From: Minisyncoccia bacterium | GTDB lineage: Bacteria > Patescibacteriota > Minisyncoccia > SW-4-49-11 | Length of the DNA: 61,503 nucleotides | NCBI GenBank assembly: GCA_044356725.1 | Contig: JBIKVS010000006.1 | Coordinates: 1-61,503, forward strand | Direction: 5' to 3' | Part shown: positions 47,470 through 57,283 of the stretch, one piece after another | Position numbering within the stretch: the stretch's first letter is position 1 | Layout of the letters: every line of letters begins with the position of its first letter | Notes under the pieces: model-generated | What the model was told of the DNA's origin: nothing | What the model saw: only the letters and a program-made list of their open reading frames with translations | The model's database searches: none | Position numbers and translations under genes: made by a program

Positions 47470-49008
47470 TTATTTCTGTAATGTTATAAATTTACCAAAT
47501 TTAGTATTTAACAACCATTTTTGATACCCAAGTAAAGTTATAAATATTCTACTAACTGTAATGGCTGTAAATAAGCTCACTACTATACCTATACCCAAAG
47601 TCAGTCCAAATCCTCTTACCACTCCAGAGGCTAGATAAAATAATATTAAAGCTGATATTAAAGTAGTGACCTGAGAGTCTCGAATCGATTCCCAAGCTCT
47701 TCTGAAGCCCTCTTTGGTACTTGCTTCAAAATCTCTACCACTTTTTAGCTCTTCTTTCATTCTCTCGAATATTAGGACATTCCCATCCACCGCCAAACCT
47801 ATACTAACTATGAATCCAGTAATACCAGCAATAGTCAGAGTAAATCCAAATAGATTAAATATAGCCAGTACTAGAATTGAATATATAGATAAAGCTAATA
47901 CTGCCACCAAACCTAAAGCTCTATAAAAAATTATCATAAATATAGCAACTAACAGTAATCCTACTGCTCCTGCTCTGATGCTTTGATATAGAGATTCTAT
48001 ACCTAAGCTAGCCTCTACAGTTTGTTGAGATGCAATAGTAATTGGAACTGGCAAAGCTCCGGCATTTAGTCCATCTACTAGTTCCTTAGCTGATGCAGCA
48101 GTAAAGTCACCCGAAATAGTAGCTTGGCCATTTGGAATTTCTTGATTAATACGAGGAGCACTTATTACATCTCCGTCTAATAATATATATAATATCTCTC
48201 CTATATTATTTTTGGTAAAGTCAGCAAAGTTTTGTTTACCTTCATCATCAAAACTTACTGCTACTTGTGGTTGTTGAGTTTGAGGATCAAAAATCACCTG
48301 AGCTGTTTTTATATTTTTACCAGTTAAAACAGCTGGTTCTCTAAAGTATGGGTTCTGAAAGTTATCAAAGTTACCAGCTTGGAATTGTTCTAGTAATTGC
48401 TGAGTTTCTTCCGCTGGACGAGCTTGATAAAAAGTTAAATTTGGAGTTTGCCCAATTTGCTTCACAGCTTCTTCAGGATTTTCAATCCCTGCAAGCTCTA
48501 CCACCAATCTAACTGTATCTCCATCTTCTAAATAAATTCTAGGTTCACTAACTCCAAAGCTATCTACTCTTTTGGTTACAACCTTTTGTAGACTATCTAA
48601 AGCCTGGCTCCTATCAGCTTCATCTACTGCATTCAAATCAACATCATATACCACTCTAACCCCACCTTGCAAATCAAGCCCCAAGATAAATGTATTATCT
48701 GGTAATTTAGGTATTTCTCTCTGGTCTAACCATTGGTCAAATCCTCTTTGTTTAAAAGGTAATTGTTCCCATTTAGATAACTGGTCAATTCTCGTATTAA
48801 TATAATCTACAGCAAAATTAGCTGGTTTTGCATAAATATAAACCAAAGCAATTACAGACAAAGTAACAATACCTATAGATTGCCGTACTATGTTTCCCTT
48901 TTTCGTCTTACCCTTAATACAATACCAAATAAATTTAAATATTATTTTAAATGGTAGCCATATTATATTCAGTACATTCTTAGGTAGTCGCCTCAGCCAA
49001 TTCAGCAT
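47470..49008 (-). CDS. secD: Protein translocase subunit SecD
   Basis: LGLDLQGG, periplasmic domain, AVDGNVLIFERMKEE. Confidence 0.9.
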   Translation of the reverse strand: MLNWLRRLPKNVLNIIWLPFKIIFKFIWYCIKGKTKKGNIVRQSIGIVTLSVIALVYIYAKPANFAVDYINTRIDQLSKWEQLPFKQRGFDQWLDQREIPKLPDNTFILGLDLQGGVRVVYDVDLNAVDEADRSQALDSLQKVVTKRVDSFGVSEPRIYLEDGDTVRLVVELAGIENPEEAVKQIGQTPNLTFYQARPAEETQQLLEQFQAGNFDNFQNPYFREPAVLTGKNIKTAQVIFDPQTQQPQVAVSFDDEGKQNFADFTKNNIGEILYILLDGDVISAPRINQEIPNGQATISGDFTAASAKELVDGLNAGALPVPITIASQQTVEASLGIESLYQSIRAGAVGLLLVAIFMIIFYRALGLVAVLALSIYSILVLAIFNLFGFTLTIAGITGFIVSIGLAVDGNVLIFERMKEELKSGRDFEASTKEGFRRAWESIRDSQVTTLISALILFYLASGVVRGFGLTLGIGIVVSLFTAITVSRIFITLLGYQKWLLNTKFGKFITLQK

Positions 49009-49027
49009 AATTTTATAGTTGGTTCAA

Positions 49028-49306
49028 TTACATCCCCATTCCCATCTCAGCAGCTACTTCTTTTTGCAAGTCCTTTTTAGCTACCTCAATAGTCTCAATA
49101 ATAGTTTTTTCTAATTTAGACTTATCCTGCATTAACTCATCACTAATCTTTAATTCCTTGATAGCTTGAGTTCCATCCATAGTTATGGATACACCTTTAT
49201 GCTCTTTAGTAATTCTTTTTTTAGCTAACTTCTTCTGTAATTTTTGCATCTCAGAAAATTGAGAAAACATTTCTTTTGCTTGATTAAATCCATCGAACAT
49301 TCCCAT
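49028..49306 (-). CDS. YbaB/EbfC-family nucleoid-associated protein
   Basis: 92 aa, QFSEMQKLQKKL...ITMDGTQAIKELKISDELM pattern. Confidence 0.7.
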   Translation of the reverse strand: MGMFDGFNQAKEMFSQFSEMQKLQKKLAKKRITKEHKGVSITMDGTQAIKELKISDELMQDKSKLEKTIIETIEVAKKDLQKEVAAEMGMGM

Positions 49307-49436
49307 ATTAATATCTATTAACTATTACTATAATATATATTATACCATAAAATTTTATTTTTGAGAATAGTACATATTTATAAATCTAGTAAGGTCGGCT
49401 GGTTAACAAAATATATTCCCTTGTAAAAAATATATT

Positions 49437-50567
49437 TTACTGTTCCAAAAGTAATTGTTTATAAATATTATAAGTTTTCTTAACCATACTATCCCAAGTA
49501 AATTCTTTAGCTCTCTCGAGACCTTTATCTCTATACTCCTTGGCAATGAGAGGATTATGTACCAGAGTGATTATTGCTTTTGTAATTTCTTCAACATTAT
49601 ATGGATCTACTAATATACCTGCTTCCCCTACAACTTCAGGCAGACAAGATGTATTAGAACTAATAACTGGAGTATTTAAACTCATAGCCTCAATTAAAGG
49701 TATCCCAAAGCCTTCATATAGGCTTAAATATATAAAGGCTTTCGCTTGTTTCAATAATAATATTTTTTCTTCATCTGTGATGAATCCTACAAATATCACT
49801 CTCTCTTGTAGCCCAAAATCTGTAATGACTGTATCAATTTGAGCATCATAGTTATACCCTTTCCCCCCTGCAATGATGAACTTTAACTTGCTATCTGGAT
49901 TGGATTCGATATATTTAGCAAAAGATTGAATGGCTGTAGGTATATTTTTACGAGGTTGTAGACTGCCAAGATATAGTATATATTCTTCTTTTAATGCCAT
50001 TCTGACTTTTTGAGAGGTACTGATTACGGTTGGGATATTGTCTATGTATCCTCCATTATAAATACTATGTATTTTTGCTAAATCTGTGCCAAAGATATTC
50101 TGAATTGCATATTTGGAATGTTTAGATACAGTTATAATAGCATCTGATTTTTTGATTGACTGTGGGATTAATGTATTAAGTAAAAATTTATCTAAAAACT
50201 TAATATGCTGAGGGACAAATTTCCAAGATATATCATGGATGGTATTTAGCATTTTGGTATATTTCGGTAATCCAAATAGAGGAGCAATGTATTGAATATG
50301 TAATAAGTCTATATGATATTGATGACAAGCTTTTGGTAGCAAGTATTCTGTCCATAATAATTTTGACTTTGGTAATAGAGGTATAACTCGCCAATTTTGA
50401 GGTAGATCTTTTAGAACAGGTGATTGATACCAGTCTTCAGTGTCAGTGAATAAATAAAAATTATGTCCTATTTCTAATCTGATTAGCCCTTTGATTAGCT
50501 CTGTAGTATACACTTCATCCCCAGTTCTTTTCTTACCTATTGCCCTAATATCTATAGCTATATTCAT
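49437..50567 (-). CDS. GT4 family glycosyltransferase
   Basis: SLYEGFGIPLIEAMSLNTPVISSNTSCLPEVVG (E-x7-E region). Confidence 0.8.
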   Translation of the reverse strand: MNIAIDIRAIGKKRTGDEVYTTELIKGLIRLEIGHNFYLFTDTEDWYQSPVLKDLPQNWRVIPLLPKSKLLWTEYLLPKACHQYHIDLLHIQYIAPLFGLPKYTKMLNTIHDISWKFVPQHIKFLDKFLLNTLIPQSIKKSDAIITVSKHSKYAIQNIFGTDLAKIHSIYNGGYIDNIPTVISTSQKVRMALKEEYILYLGSLQPRKNIPTAIQSFAKYIESNPDSKLKFIIAGGKGYNYDAQIDTVITDFGLQERVIFVGFITDEEKILLLKQAKAFIYLSLYEGFGIPLIEAMSLNTPVISSNTSCLPEVVGEAGILVDPYNVEEITKAIITLVHNPLIAKEYRDKGLERAKEFTWDSMVKKTYNIYKQLLLEQ

Positions 50568-50570
50568 ATC

Positions 50571-52430
50571 TTATTCTTTAAAGCCTCTATTCTGATAATA
50601 CCACTCATATACTTTTTTGGTAATAGGGATGGTAGTCTGAAAACTCTCATCACCCTCTTCTACTAGTACGATAACTGATAATTGGGGATTTTCGGTCGGT
50701 CCATAGGAGACAAACCAAGAATTGTTTTTCACCCTACCAGTTTGAGCAGTCCCGGTTTTACCTGCGGTTGTAAATGGCAAATCTTTTAATGGATATCCTG
50801 TTCCATCGGTTATAGTTTGTCGCATAGCTTCCTTTACTATATCATAATTTTCATCAGATACTGGGATTTCTTGTAATAAATTATTTTCTTTAGTTACTAA
50901 TTCTACATTATCATCTTTTCTAATACCCTGATATAAATATGGTTTATATAACTTACCTTTGGTTGCAATAGCATTTACACTATTTAGAATTTGCAGTGGA
51001 GTAGCCAACATCCCACCCTGTCCTATCGAGGCATTGTAAGTATCTCCCAGTAGCCAAGATTCGTTCTTTATTTCTTGTTTCCAAGCTGGGTCAGCTACAT
51101 TTCCCTTCGACTCACCTGTCAAATCAATCTGAGTTGGAGAACCAAAACCATAATATCTATAATATTGAGCTAATTTTTCAATTCCTAGACCTTTTTGTTT
51201 AGGAGTACCACCTACAAAAGTATAATAAAATACATTCACAGAGTCTGAAATAGATTTATAAGTATTAGAAATCCCGTGAATTTTCCAGTCTGGATATATA
51301 AAAGGTTGATCTGGATTATAAGGATTATCCACAACCAACCTACCTAAAGGATCATTAATTGTTGTATTAGCATTAATAATACCCTCTTGTAATAATCCAG
51401 TTGCTATTAATGGTTTTACGGTTGAGGCAGGAGCATATTCTCCTGAGATACATCTATTTAGAAGAGGGTTATCTTTGTTTTCTATTAAACTATCATAATC
51501 TTTTTGACTAATACCTTTATTGAATAAATTATTATCAAAACTAGGTAAACTAACCATAGCCAAAACCTCTCCATTCTGAGGATTCATAACAATGCCAGCT
51601 GCTTTAGTCAAGTCTTTAGCACTCAAAACTTCTTGTATACTATCTTGTAATACTTTTTGTAATTCCGCGTCAATACTCAATTGTATAGATTCACCATTTT
51701 GAACTGATTTTATAGGGATATCGGTATTACGAGGATTGATTACTCCATACTCTCCCTTTAGTTTAGACTCATAAACTTTTTCAATTCCTTTTTTACCTAT
51801 AATATCATCTCTTAGATATCTTGGATTATTGGTAATATCTGTCTCAGATAATTTACCCGTATAACCTATTAAATGTGAAAAATATTGTGAGTCAGGATAT
51901 TGCCTAATACTAGACCTCTTAAGTTCAAATCCTGGATATTTATCTTGACTAACTTCAAATGTTATAGCTTGTTCCTGTTTCATATTATCCAGCAGAACAA
52001 CTTCTGATTCATTACTATTTATGGCTTCTATAATTATATTTTCATTGAGATTAAAAAAGTTTTTTATGTCCTGTATAACCTGATTTTTTAACTCTTCTTC
52101 TTTAGGTAGTAATGCTGGTTTAAGTACCAATGAGAACACTACCTCATTATAAGCTAATATAATTCCATTTCTATCATAAATATTACCTCTTAGTGGCTTA
52201 ATATAATTTTTACTTATAATTCTAGACTGCACTAAATCTTGTTCTTTGGTATTTCCAAATTGTAATTGAAACACACGAAACCAGAATAATCCTAGGGCTA
52301 ATACAACTATAAGACCTAGAAATATCAAATGCTTATAATTATCCAAATTATTAATGTATAGAGCTGAATTTCCATCTCTATCTAAGAATAAATCTTCTGG
52401 TGTAATATCATTATCAAATAAATTGTTCAT
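50571..52430 (-). CDS. mrdA: Penicillin-binding protein 2 (elongasome transpeptidase)
   Basis: ASTVKP (SxxK), SDS-type box, KTGTAQ. Positioned after mreBCD. Confidence 0.88.
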   Translation of the reverse strand: MNNLFDNDITPEDLFLDRDGNSALYINNLDNYKHLIFLGLIVVLALGLFWFRVFQLQFGNTKEQDLVQSRIISKNYIKPLRGNIYDRNGIILAYNEVVFSLVLKPALLPKEEELKNQVIQDIKNFFNLNENIIIEAINSNESEVVLLDNMKQEQAITFEVSQDKYPGFELKRSSIRQYPDSQYFSHLIGYTGKLSETDITNNPRYLRDDIIGKKGIEKVYESKLKGEYGVINPRNTDIPIKSVQNGESIQLSIDAELQKVLQDSIQEVLSAKDLTKAAGIVMNPQNGEVLAMVSLPSFDNNLFNKGISQKDYDSLIENKDNPLLNRCISGEYAPASTVKPLIATGLLQEGIINANTTINDPLGRLVVDNPYNPDQPFIYPDWKIHGISNTYKSISDSVNVFYYTFVGGTPKQKGLGIEKLAQYYRYYGFGSPTQIDLTGESKGNVADPAWKQEIKNESWLLGDTYNASIGQGGMLATPLQILNSVNAIATKGKLYKPYLYQGIRKDDNVELVTKENNLLQEIPVSDENYDIVKEAMRQTITDGTGYPLKDLPFTTAGKTGTAQTGRVKNNSWFVSYGPTENPQLSVIVLVEEGDESFQTTIPITKKVYEWYYQNRGFKE

Positions 52431-52842
52431 ATATTTTAAGTTTTTCTGCTATATACAATACTACAACTATAGAAACCCCATTAACTATTGTATATATGCC
52501 AATATTAATATAATCTACATTAAATCCATTGAATATTAAATTTACTATTATTAGAGAAACCGTAGCCATAATACTCTGAACTGGCCAACCTTTATCAAGA
52601 AAGATACTACTAATATACACTCCTACACTCCATACAAAGTAATATAGACTAAATTGCCACCAAGGTGTCAAACTAGATAGCTGTAATATTAATATAATTA
52701 TAATCAGCCATATAAAGACAGTCCAGTATTGACGGGTCAAAATATAAACAATCAGAATTCCTAAGAAGAATAATGGCATAAATATACTAGGAATTACAAT
52801 ATGTAAAAGCAAACTTAGCAATAGTATTAAACCTAATAGCAT
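52414..52842 (-). CDS. mreD: Rod shape-determining protein MreD
   Basis: Small polytopic membrane protein between mreC and PBP2; overlaps PBP2 by 17 nt. Confidence 0.7.
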   Translation of the reverse strand: MLLGLILLLSLLLHIVIPSIFMPLFFLGILIVYILTRQYWTVFIWLIIIILILQLSSLTPWWQFSLYYFVWSVGVYISSIFLDKGWPVQSIMATVSLIIVNLIFNGFNVDYINIGIYTIVNGVSIVVVLYIAEKLKIYEQFI

Positions 52843-52845
52843 ATT

Positions 52846-53574
52846 TTAAGTTTTTAAAATAAAGACCTCAGTTAATTGATAAAAATTTATAGGATAATCC
52901 ACTATAATTCGATGAAATAAATCTCCCTCTGATACTGATTTTACTTTTCCGATTTTCAAACCAGAAGGGATAGTCTCTGTGGATGTGGTAATAACATTAT
53001 TTTCTTGATTAACTGCTTCTAATTTAGAAATTGAATCTACTTCAAGAATAGTACCAAAATTAGACTTTAATACTCCTTGAGACGAATCTGCATTTTGTAT
53101 AGAAACTGCTAATTTTATATCAGCATCATTCAGAAACTGTATCTTACTTGCAGACTCAGACACTTCTTTTACAATACCAACCAAATGTCCTAAGTAAATC
53201 ACTGGTTGCTCCACTCTTACCCCTTCATTCGAACCCGCCGCCACTAAAGCCGAGCTACGAGTAAAATTATTATCAAAAGTAATTATTTTAGCTTGAATTG
53301 GAGTGATACCTGTTTCATTTTTGGTCTCAATTGCACTTTTTAATAATTCATTTTCTGACTTTAAATACAAAAGACTTGCTACCTCCGCTTCCAAAGCAAT
53401 AACTTTAGCTTGCAACTGTTCTTGGGATAACTGATTATTAGCTTCTAAAATATTTCCTAGTGTAATTAGTGGTAATTTATTCAATGATTTCGTCATAAGG
53501 CCAGACAAAACTAAAGCAATTATAATAACTAATACCACACCAGCCACAATAATAGATTTATTTTGCTTTATCAT
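52846..53574 (-). CDS. mreC: Rod shape-determining protein MreC
   Basis: N-terminal TM, coiled-coil, beta-rich C-terminus. Overlaps mreB by 4 nt. Confidence 0.8.
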   Translation of the reverse strand: MIKQNKSIIVAGVVLVIIIALVLSGLMTKSLNKLPLITLGNILEANNQLSQEQLQAKVIALEAEVASLLYLKSENELLKSAIETKNETGITPIQAKIITFDNNFTRSSALVAAGSNEGVRVEQPVIYLGHLVGIVKEVSESASKIQFLNDADIKLAVSIQNADSSQGVLKSNFGTILEVDSISKLEAVNQENNVITTSTETIPSGLKIGKVKSVSEGDLFHRIIVDYPINFYQLTEVFILKT

Positions 53575-54674
53575 ATATGTATATTAGGTTTTTTACCTAT
53601 ATCTAATGGGATTAACAAATCTTTAAGAGAATCTAAATCTTCCAAGACCATACCGGTTCCTCTTACCACTACAGTCAGAGGATCCGAAGCAATCAGAGTA
53701 GGAACTCTAGTGGTATTAGTGATAAGAATATCTAAACCTTTTAATAAAGCTCCTCCTCCAGCCAGAATTATACCTCTTTCCATAATATCTCCAATTAGCT
53801 CTGGAGGGGTCTCTTCGATGGAAGTTTTGACCGCACTAGCAATTTGCATAATAGAATTAGCCATTGCTTTTCTAATGTCTGTATCGTTCACCATTACTTC
53901 TTTTGGCAATCCAGAAATAATATCTCTACCTTTCACTCCCATCTCAATAGGCTCACTCAAAGCATAAGCTGAGCCAATATTAATTTTAATATTCTCCGCT
54001 GTTCTCTCACCAATAGCAAGTTTATAATGTGTACGTATATATCTTATAATATCCGTGTTTAATTTATCACCAGCCACTCTAAGACTTTTAGAAATAACTA
54101 CTCCGCCCAAAGACATTACTGCAATTTCGGTAGTTCCCCCACCAATATCTACAATAATACTACCAGTAGCTTCTTGAATAGGTAATCTAGCCCCAATAGC
54201 TGCCGCAATAGGCTCTTCAATTAAATATACCTCTCTCACACCGGCATTACGAGTTGCATCATATACAGCTCTCTTTTCAACCTCTGTCACTCCAGAAGGA
54301 ATACCAACCACTACCCTAGTCTTCCAATGATGAAAGAATCCTCGCTGAGTCACTTTATTTACAAAATATTTTAGCATTTGCTCTGTAACTTCAAAGTCTG
54401 AGACAACTCCATTTACCAAAGGTCTTGTAGCTACAATATGTGCAGGAGTTCTACCAACCATAGTCTTAGCATCCTGACCAATAGCAAGAACCTGACCACT
54501 TTTTTTATTAACAGCCACTACAGACGGCTCATTAATTACAATACCTCTGTTTTTTACATAAACTAAAGTATTAGCTGTTCCAAGATCAATCCCAATATCC
54601 TGCCCAAATGAACCTAATAAATTAGATAATAGTTTTCTCTTAGATTTTACTTGACTCCTGCTTTTCATATACAT
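53571..54674 (-). CDS. mreB: Rod shape-determining protein MreB
   Basis: IGIDLGTANT, DIGGGTTEIAV, GIILAGGGALLKGLD. Confidence 0.93.
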   Translation of the reverse strand: MYMKSRSQVKSKRKLLSNLLGSFGQDIGIDLGTANTLVYVKNRGIVINEPSVVAVNKKSGQVLAIGQDAKTMVGRTPAHIVATRPLVNGVVSDFEVTEQMLKYFVNKVTQRGFFHHWKTRVVVGIPSGVTEVEKRAVYDATRNAGVREVYLIEEPIAAAIGARLPIQEATGSIIVDIGGGTTEIAVMSLGGVVISKSLRVAGDKLNTDIIRYIRTHYKLAIGERTAENIKINIGSAYALSEPIEMGVKGRDIISGLPKEVMVNDTDIRKAMANSIMQIASAVKTSIEETPPELIGDIMERGIILAGGGALLKGLDILITNTTRVPTLIASDPLTVVVRGTGMVLEDLDSLKDLLIPLDIGKKPNIHI

Positions 54675-54723
54675 TCTATTTTATATGAAATTCAGAGTTA
54701 TGTAAACATGTTTTAAAAATAAA

Positions 54724-55149
54724 CTAAAATTTTCCTGTACTACCAAAGCCTCCAGAGCCTCTCATTCCATCACTGACTTCATCTACAAATTCAATCTCAC
54801 AATGCTCTACTTTTTGGATCAAAAGTTGTATGAATTTAGAACCCTTTTCTAAAATAACTTCTCTCTCAGATAAGTTTATTAGAATTATTTTCATTTCTCC
54901 AGTATACCCACTATCAATCACACCTCCCAAACTTTTAAGTCCTTTTTTACTAGCGATACTACTTTTATCCCAAAATAAAGCTGCATATCCTACTGGCAAA
55001 TCGATAGCCAAACCTGTGGGAATAATGACTTTTTCTTGGGGTTGTATAGTAATTTCCTTTAGAGTATATAAGTCCATCCCAGCATCAGTTGGGTGGCCAT
55101 AAGTTGGTAATTTTGCCTCTGGGTGAAGTTTTTTGAATCCTATTTTCAT
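54724..55149 (-). CDS. dut: dUTP pyrophosphatase
   Basis: GVIDSGYTGE, RGSGGFGSTG C-terminal motif. Confidence 0.9.
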   Translation of the reverse strand: MKIGFKKLHPEAKLPTYGHPTDAGMDLYTLKEITIQPQEKVIIPTGLAIDLPVGYAALFWDKSSIASKKGLKSLGGVIDSGYTGEMKIILINLSEREVILEKGSKFIQLLIQKVEHCEIEFVDEVSDGMRGSGGFGSTGKF

Positions 55150-55201
55150 ATAATTTATTATATCATACTATGTTATAATAAATATACTTAAATTTAAATT
55201 T

Positions 55202-55642
55202 ATGCCAAATATATTTTTAGCTAAAACCGAACCCTCAACATTTTCTATAGATGATTTTGAAAAAGAACAAATCACTCTTTGGGATGGGGTACATAATTAT
55301 CAAGCAATCAATATAATCAAAACTTGGCAAGTTGGAGATTATGTCTTAATTTATCATTCTGTTAAAGAGAAGTGTTTAGTAGGAGTGTCTCAAGTAATAG
55401 AAGAGCCTTATCATAATTTAGCTGACCCTAGATTTAGTTGGGCAGCTAAACTTAAATTAATATATAAATTTAGTCAGGATGAAAAGATAAACTTAGCTAC
55501 AATCAAGCAAAGTAATTTATTCGATAACTTTCTTTTAGTAACCAACAGCCGTCTTTCAGTAATGCCTTGCCCAGATAATTTTGTAAATTGGATACAAGAG
55601 CAGATTCCTAAATTAAAAGATATATTCATTAGTCAAAGCTAG
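55202..55642 (+). CDS. EVE (PUA-like) domain protein
   Basis: FLAKTEPSTFSIDDF...WDGVHNYQA...GDYVLIYHS matches the EVE/DUF55 pattern. Confidence 0.7.
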   Translation: MPNIFLAKTEPSTFSIDDFEKEQITLWDGVHNYQAINIIKTWQVGDYVLIYHSVKEKCLVGVSQVIEEPYHNLADPRFSWAAKLKLIYKFSQDEKINLATIKQSNLFDNFLLVTNSRLSVMPCPDNFVNWIQEQIPKLKDIFISQS

Positions 55643-55656
55643 ATAAATACTAAAGT

Positions 55657-56400
55657 ATGACTAATTCAGACCTAAATATTATATATGAATTAAGTATATA
55701 TTCAGAAGATTTTAATAAAAAGTTAACATCACTTTTATCTAATAATTCAATCCATAAAATCTCAATAACTAATAAAAAATATAATACTACTATTGAATAT
55801 ATTATACAAAAAATCCAAAATATAAATTCTAAATTAGAAATTATCCCCTATTATTCACTCAAATATCATCAGCAATCTTCATTGCAAGATACGGCTCTTA
55901 CCTTTATTCAACAATTAAAACTATATCAAGATTTAGGTGTTAAAGAAGTTTTATTAATAAGTGGTATTCCTAAACCTAAATATGATACTAGACAAGTCTT
56001 AGAAATTTTAAGTAAAAATTATCAATCAGAGCAATTACCCCAATTAGCCGTGGCTTATAATCCATTTCTAACTGGACTAGATTTAGAGATAGAAAATAAT
56101 GTTATTGAAAATAAAATTAAGTCTGGAATCATATCTAGTATTTATCTACAAATAGGAATAGACTTAAACATAATCAGAGAATCTGTTCAATATTTAAGAC
56201 AATTACAACCTAATCTAAATATTTATCTTAGCTTAATGAACCCCACACCTACTCGTCTTGCCCAATTTCAATATAGACCTTGGAAAGGAGTATATCTACC
56301 ACAAAAATATCTACAGTCTGCAAGTAGTGCTATCAAAATTAATGAATCCATTTATAATTTAGCTCAAGAACTTAATGTGAGTATTATACAAGGAGATTAA
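55657..56400 (+). CDS. Hypothetical protein, 247 aa
   Basis: ORF track. Only vague resemblance to TIM-barrel MTHFR-like proteins (VLLISGIPKP, LAVAYNPF); not assignable. Confidence 0.45.
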   Translation: MTNSDLNIIYELSIYSEDFNKKLTSLLSNNSIHKISITNKKYNTTIEYIIQKIQNINSKLEIIPYYSLKYHQQSSLQDTALTFIQQLKLYQDLGVKEVLLISGIPKPKYDTRQVLEILSKNYQSEQLPQLAVAYNPFLTGLDLEIENNVIENKIKSGIISSIYLQIGIDLNIIRESVQYLRQLQPNLNIYLSLMNPTPTRLAQFQYRPWKGVYLPQKYLQSASSAIKINESIYNLAQELNVSIIQGD

Positions 56401-56413
56401 CCCATCTAAGCTT

Positions 56414-57034
56414 ATGCTACAAGATTTATTATCTGAGAAAAGTTGGGAAAAAGCTCTATATCAGGAGTTGCAAAAAGAATATATATACAATTTATATCAA
56501 TTTTTAATATCAGAATATACTAAGTCTACTATTTATCCAAGTTGGGATAATATATTCCTGGCTCTAAATCTATGTCCTTTGCATAAAGTTAAGGTTGTAA
56601 TTATAGGACAGGACCCTTATCATAATCCCAATCAAGCCACTGGACTAGCCTTCAGTGTGCCTTCCAAGTCTAAAATTCCCCCATCACTTAATAATATATT
56701 CAAAGAAATTAAGAGTGACTTAGGAATAAACCCTAATCAAAATGGTGATTTAGCTCGTTGGGCTAGACAAGGAGTATTATTATTAAATACAACCTTGACT
56801 GTCAGGGAGAATCAACCAGCATCACATCAAAACCAAGGCTGGGAAGTGTTAACTGACAGCATAATAAAATTAATCTCAGAGGAAAAATCTCATATAGTAT
56901 TTATTCTATGGGGAAAACAAGCTCAAACCAAAAAAAGTTTAATAGACTCCAAGAAACATCTCATCTTAGAATCTAATCACCCCTCACCATTATCTGCTTA
57001 TAGAGGTTTTTTTGGCAGTAGGCATTTTAGTTAG
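56414..57034 (+). CDS. ung: Uracil-DNA glycosylase, family 1
   Basis: VVIIGQDPYH water-activating loop, HPSPLSA leucine loop. Confidence 0.92.
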   Translation: MLQDLLSEKSWEKALYQELQKEYIYNLYQFLISEYTKSTIYPSWDNIFLALNLCPLHKVKVVIIGQDPYHNPNQATGLAFSVPSKSKIPPSLNNIFKEIKSDLGINPNQNGDLARWARQGVLLLNTTLTVRENQPASHQNQGWEVLTDSIIKLISEEKSHIVFILWGKQAQTKKSLIDSKKHLILESNHPSPLSAYRGFFGSRHFS

Positions 57035-57099
57035 GCAAATTTGTATTTGGCAAAAAATAACATACAAGCTATTGATTGGAAGTAAACATTTGTCATTAG

Positions 57100-57128
57100 T
57101 TGACAAATTTTATGTGTTGTGTTATAAA
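57100..57128 (+). promoter_or_regulatory. Near-consensus promoter with extended -10 (TTGACA-17 nt incl. TGT-TATAAA) overlapped by a TTTGTCA-TTAGT-TGACAAA dyad
   Basis: ttgaca 57100-57105, tgt 57120-57122, tataaa 57123-57128. Dyad at 57088-57108. Confidence 0.55.
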
Positions 57129-57134
57129 TAGTTT

Positions 57135-57283
57135 TAGATGAATACTGGTGTTCGTCTGTGTCCCCACGGGATACATTCCTAGTTTCGCTACAGCTTGTAG
57201 TAGATACAAGCAAGCTGGGAAATTATCCCACTTTCACCAGCATAAACTCCTCTGCGGCGTGTGCAGTAGGAGTTTTTCTTATT
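57135..57283 (+). ncRNA. Candidate small RNA (about 140 nt) of unknown family, between its own promoter and a strong terminator
   Basis: No plausible CDS on the + strand. Closing helix ctggtg...caccag, internal hairpins gcttgta-gtaga-tacaagc and tggga-aatta-tccca. Terminator aaactcct-ctgc...gcag-t-aggagttt plus T-run at 57244-57283. Confidence 0.45.

Noticed and set aside
57135-57283. Identification of the candidate sRNA as SRP (4.5S) RNA, 6S RNA, tmRNA or RNase P RNA. The same was considered for the G+C-rich islands.
   Set aside because: I could not find the conserved SRP domain IV motifs (GGAA tetraloop with AGCA/GGAA internal loops). I also could not find the RNase P CR-I/CR-V strings, nor a tmRNA tag frame with a tRNA-like 3' end. 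The family is left unassigned rather than guessed.
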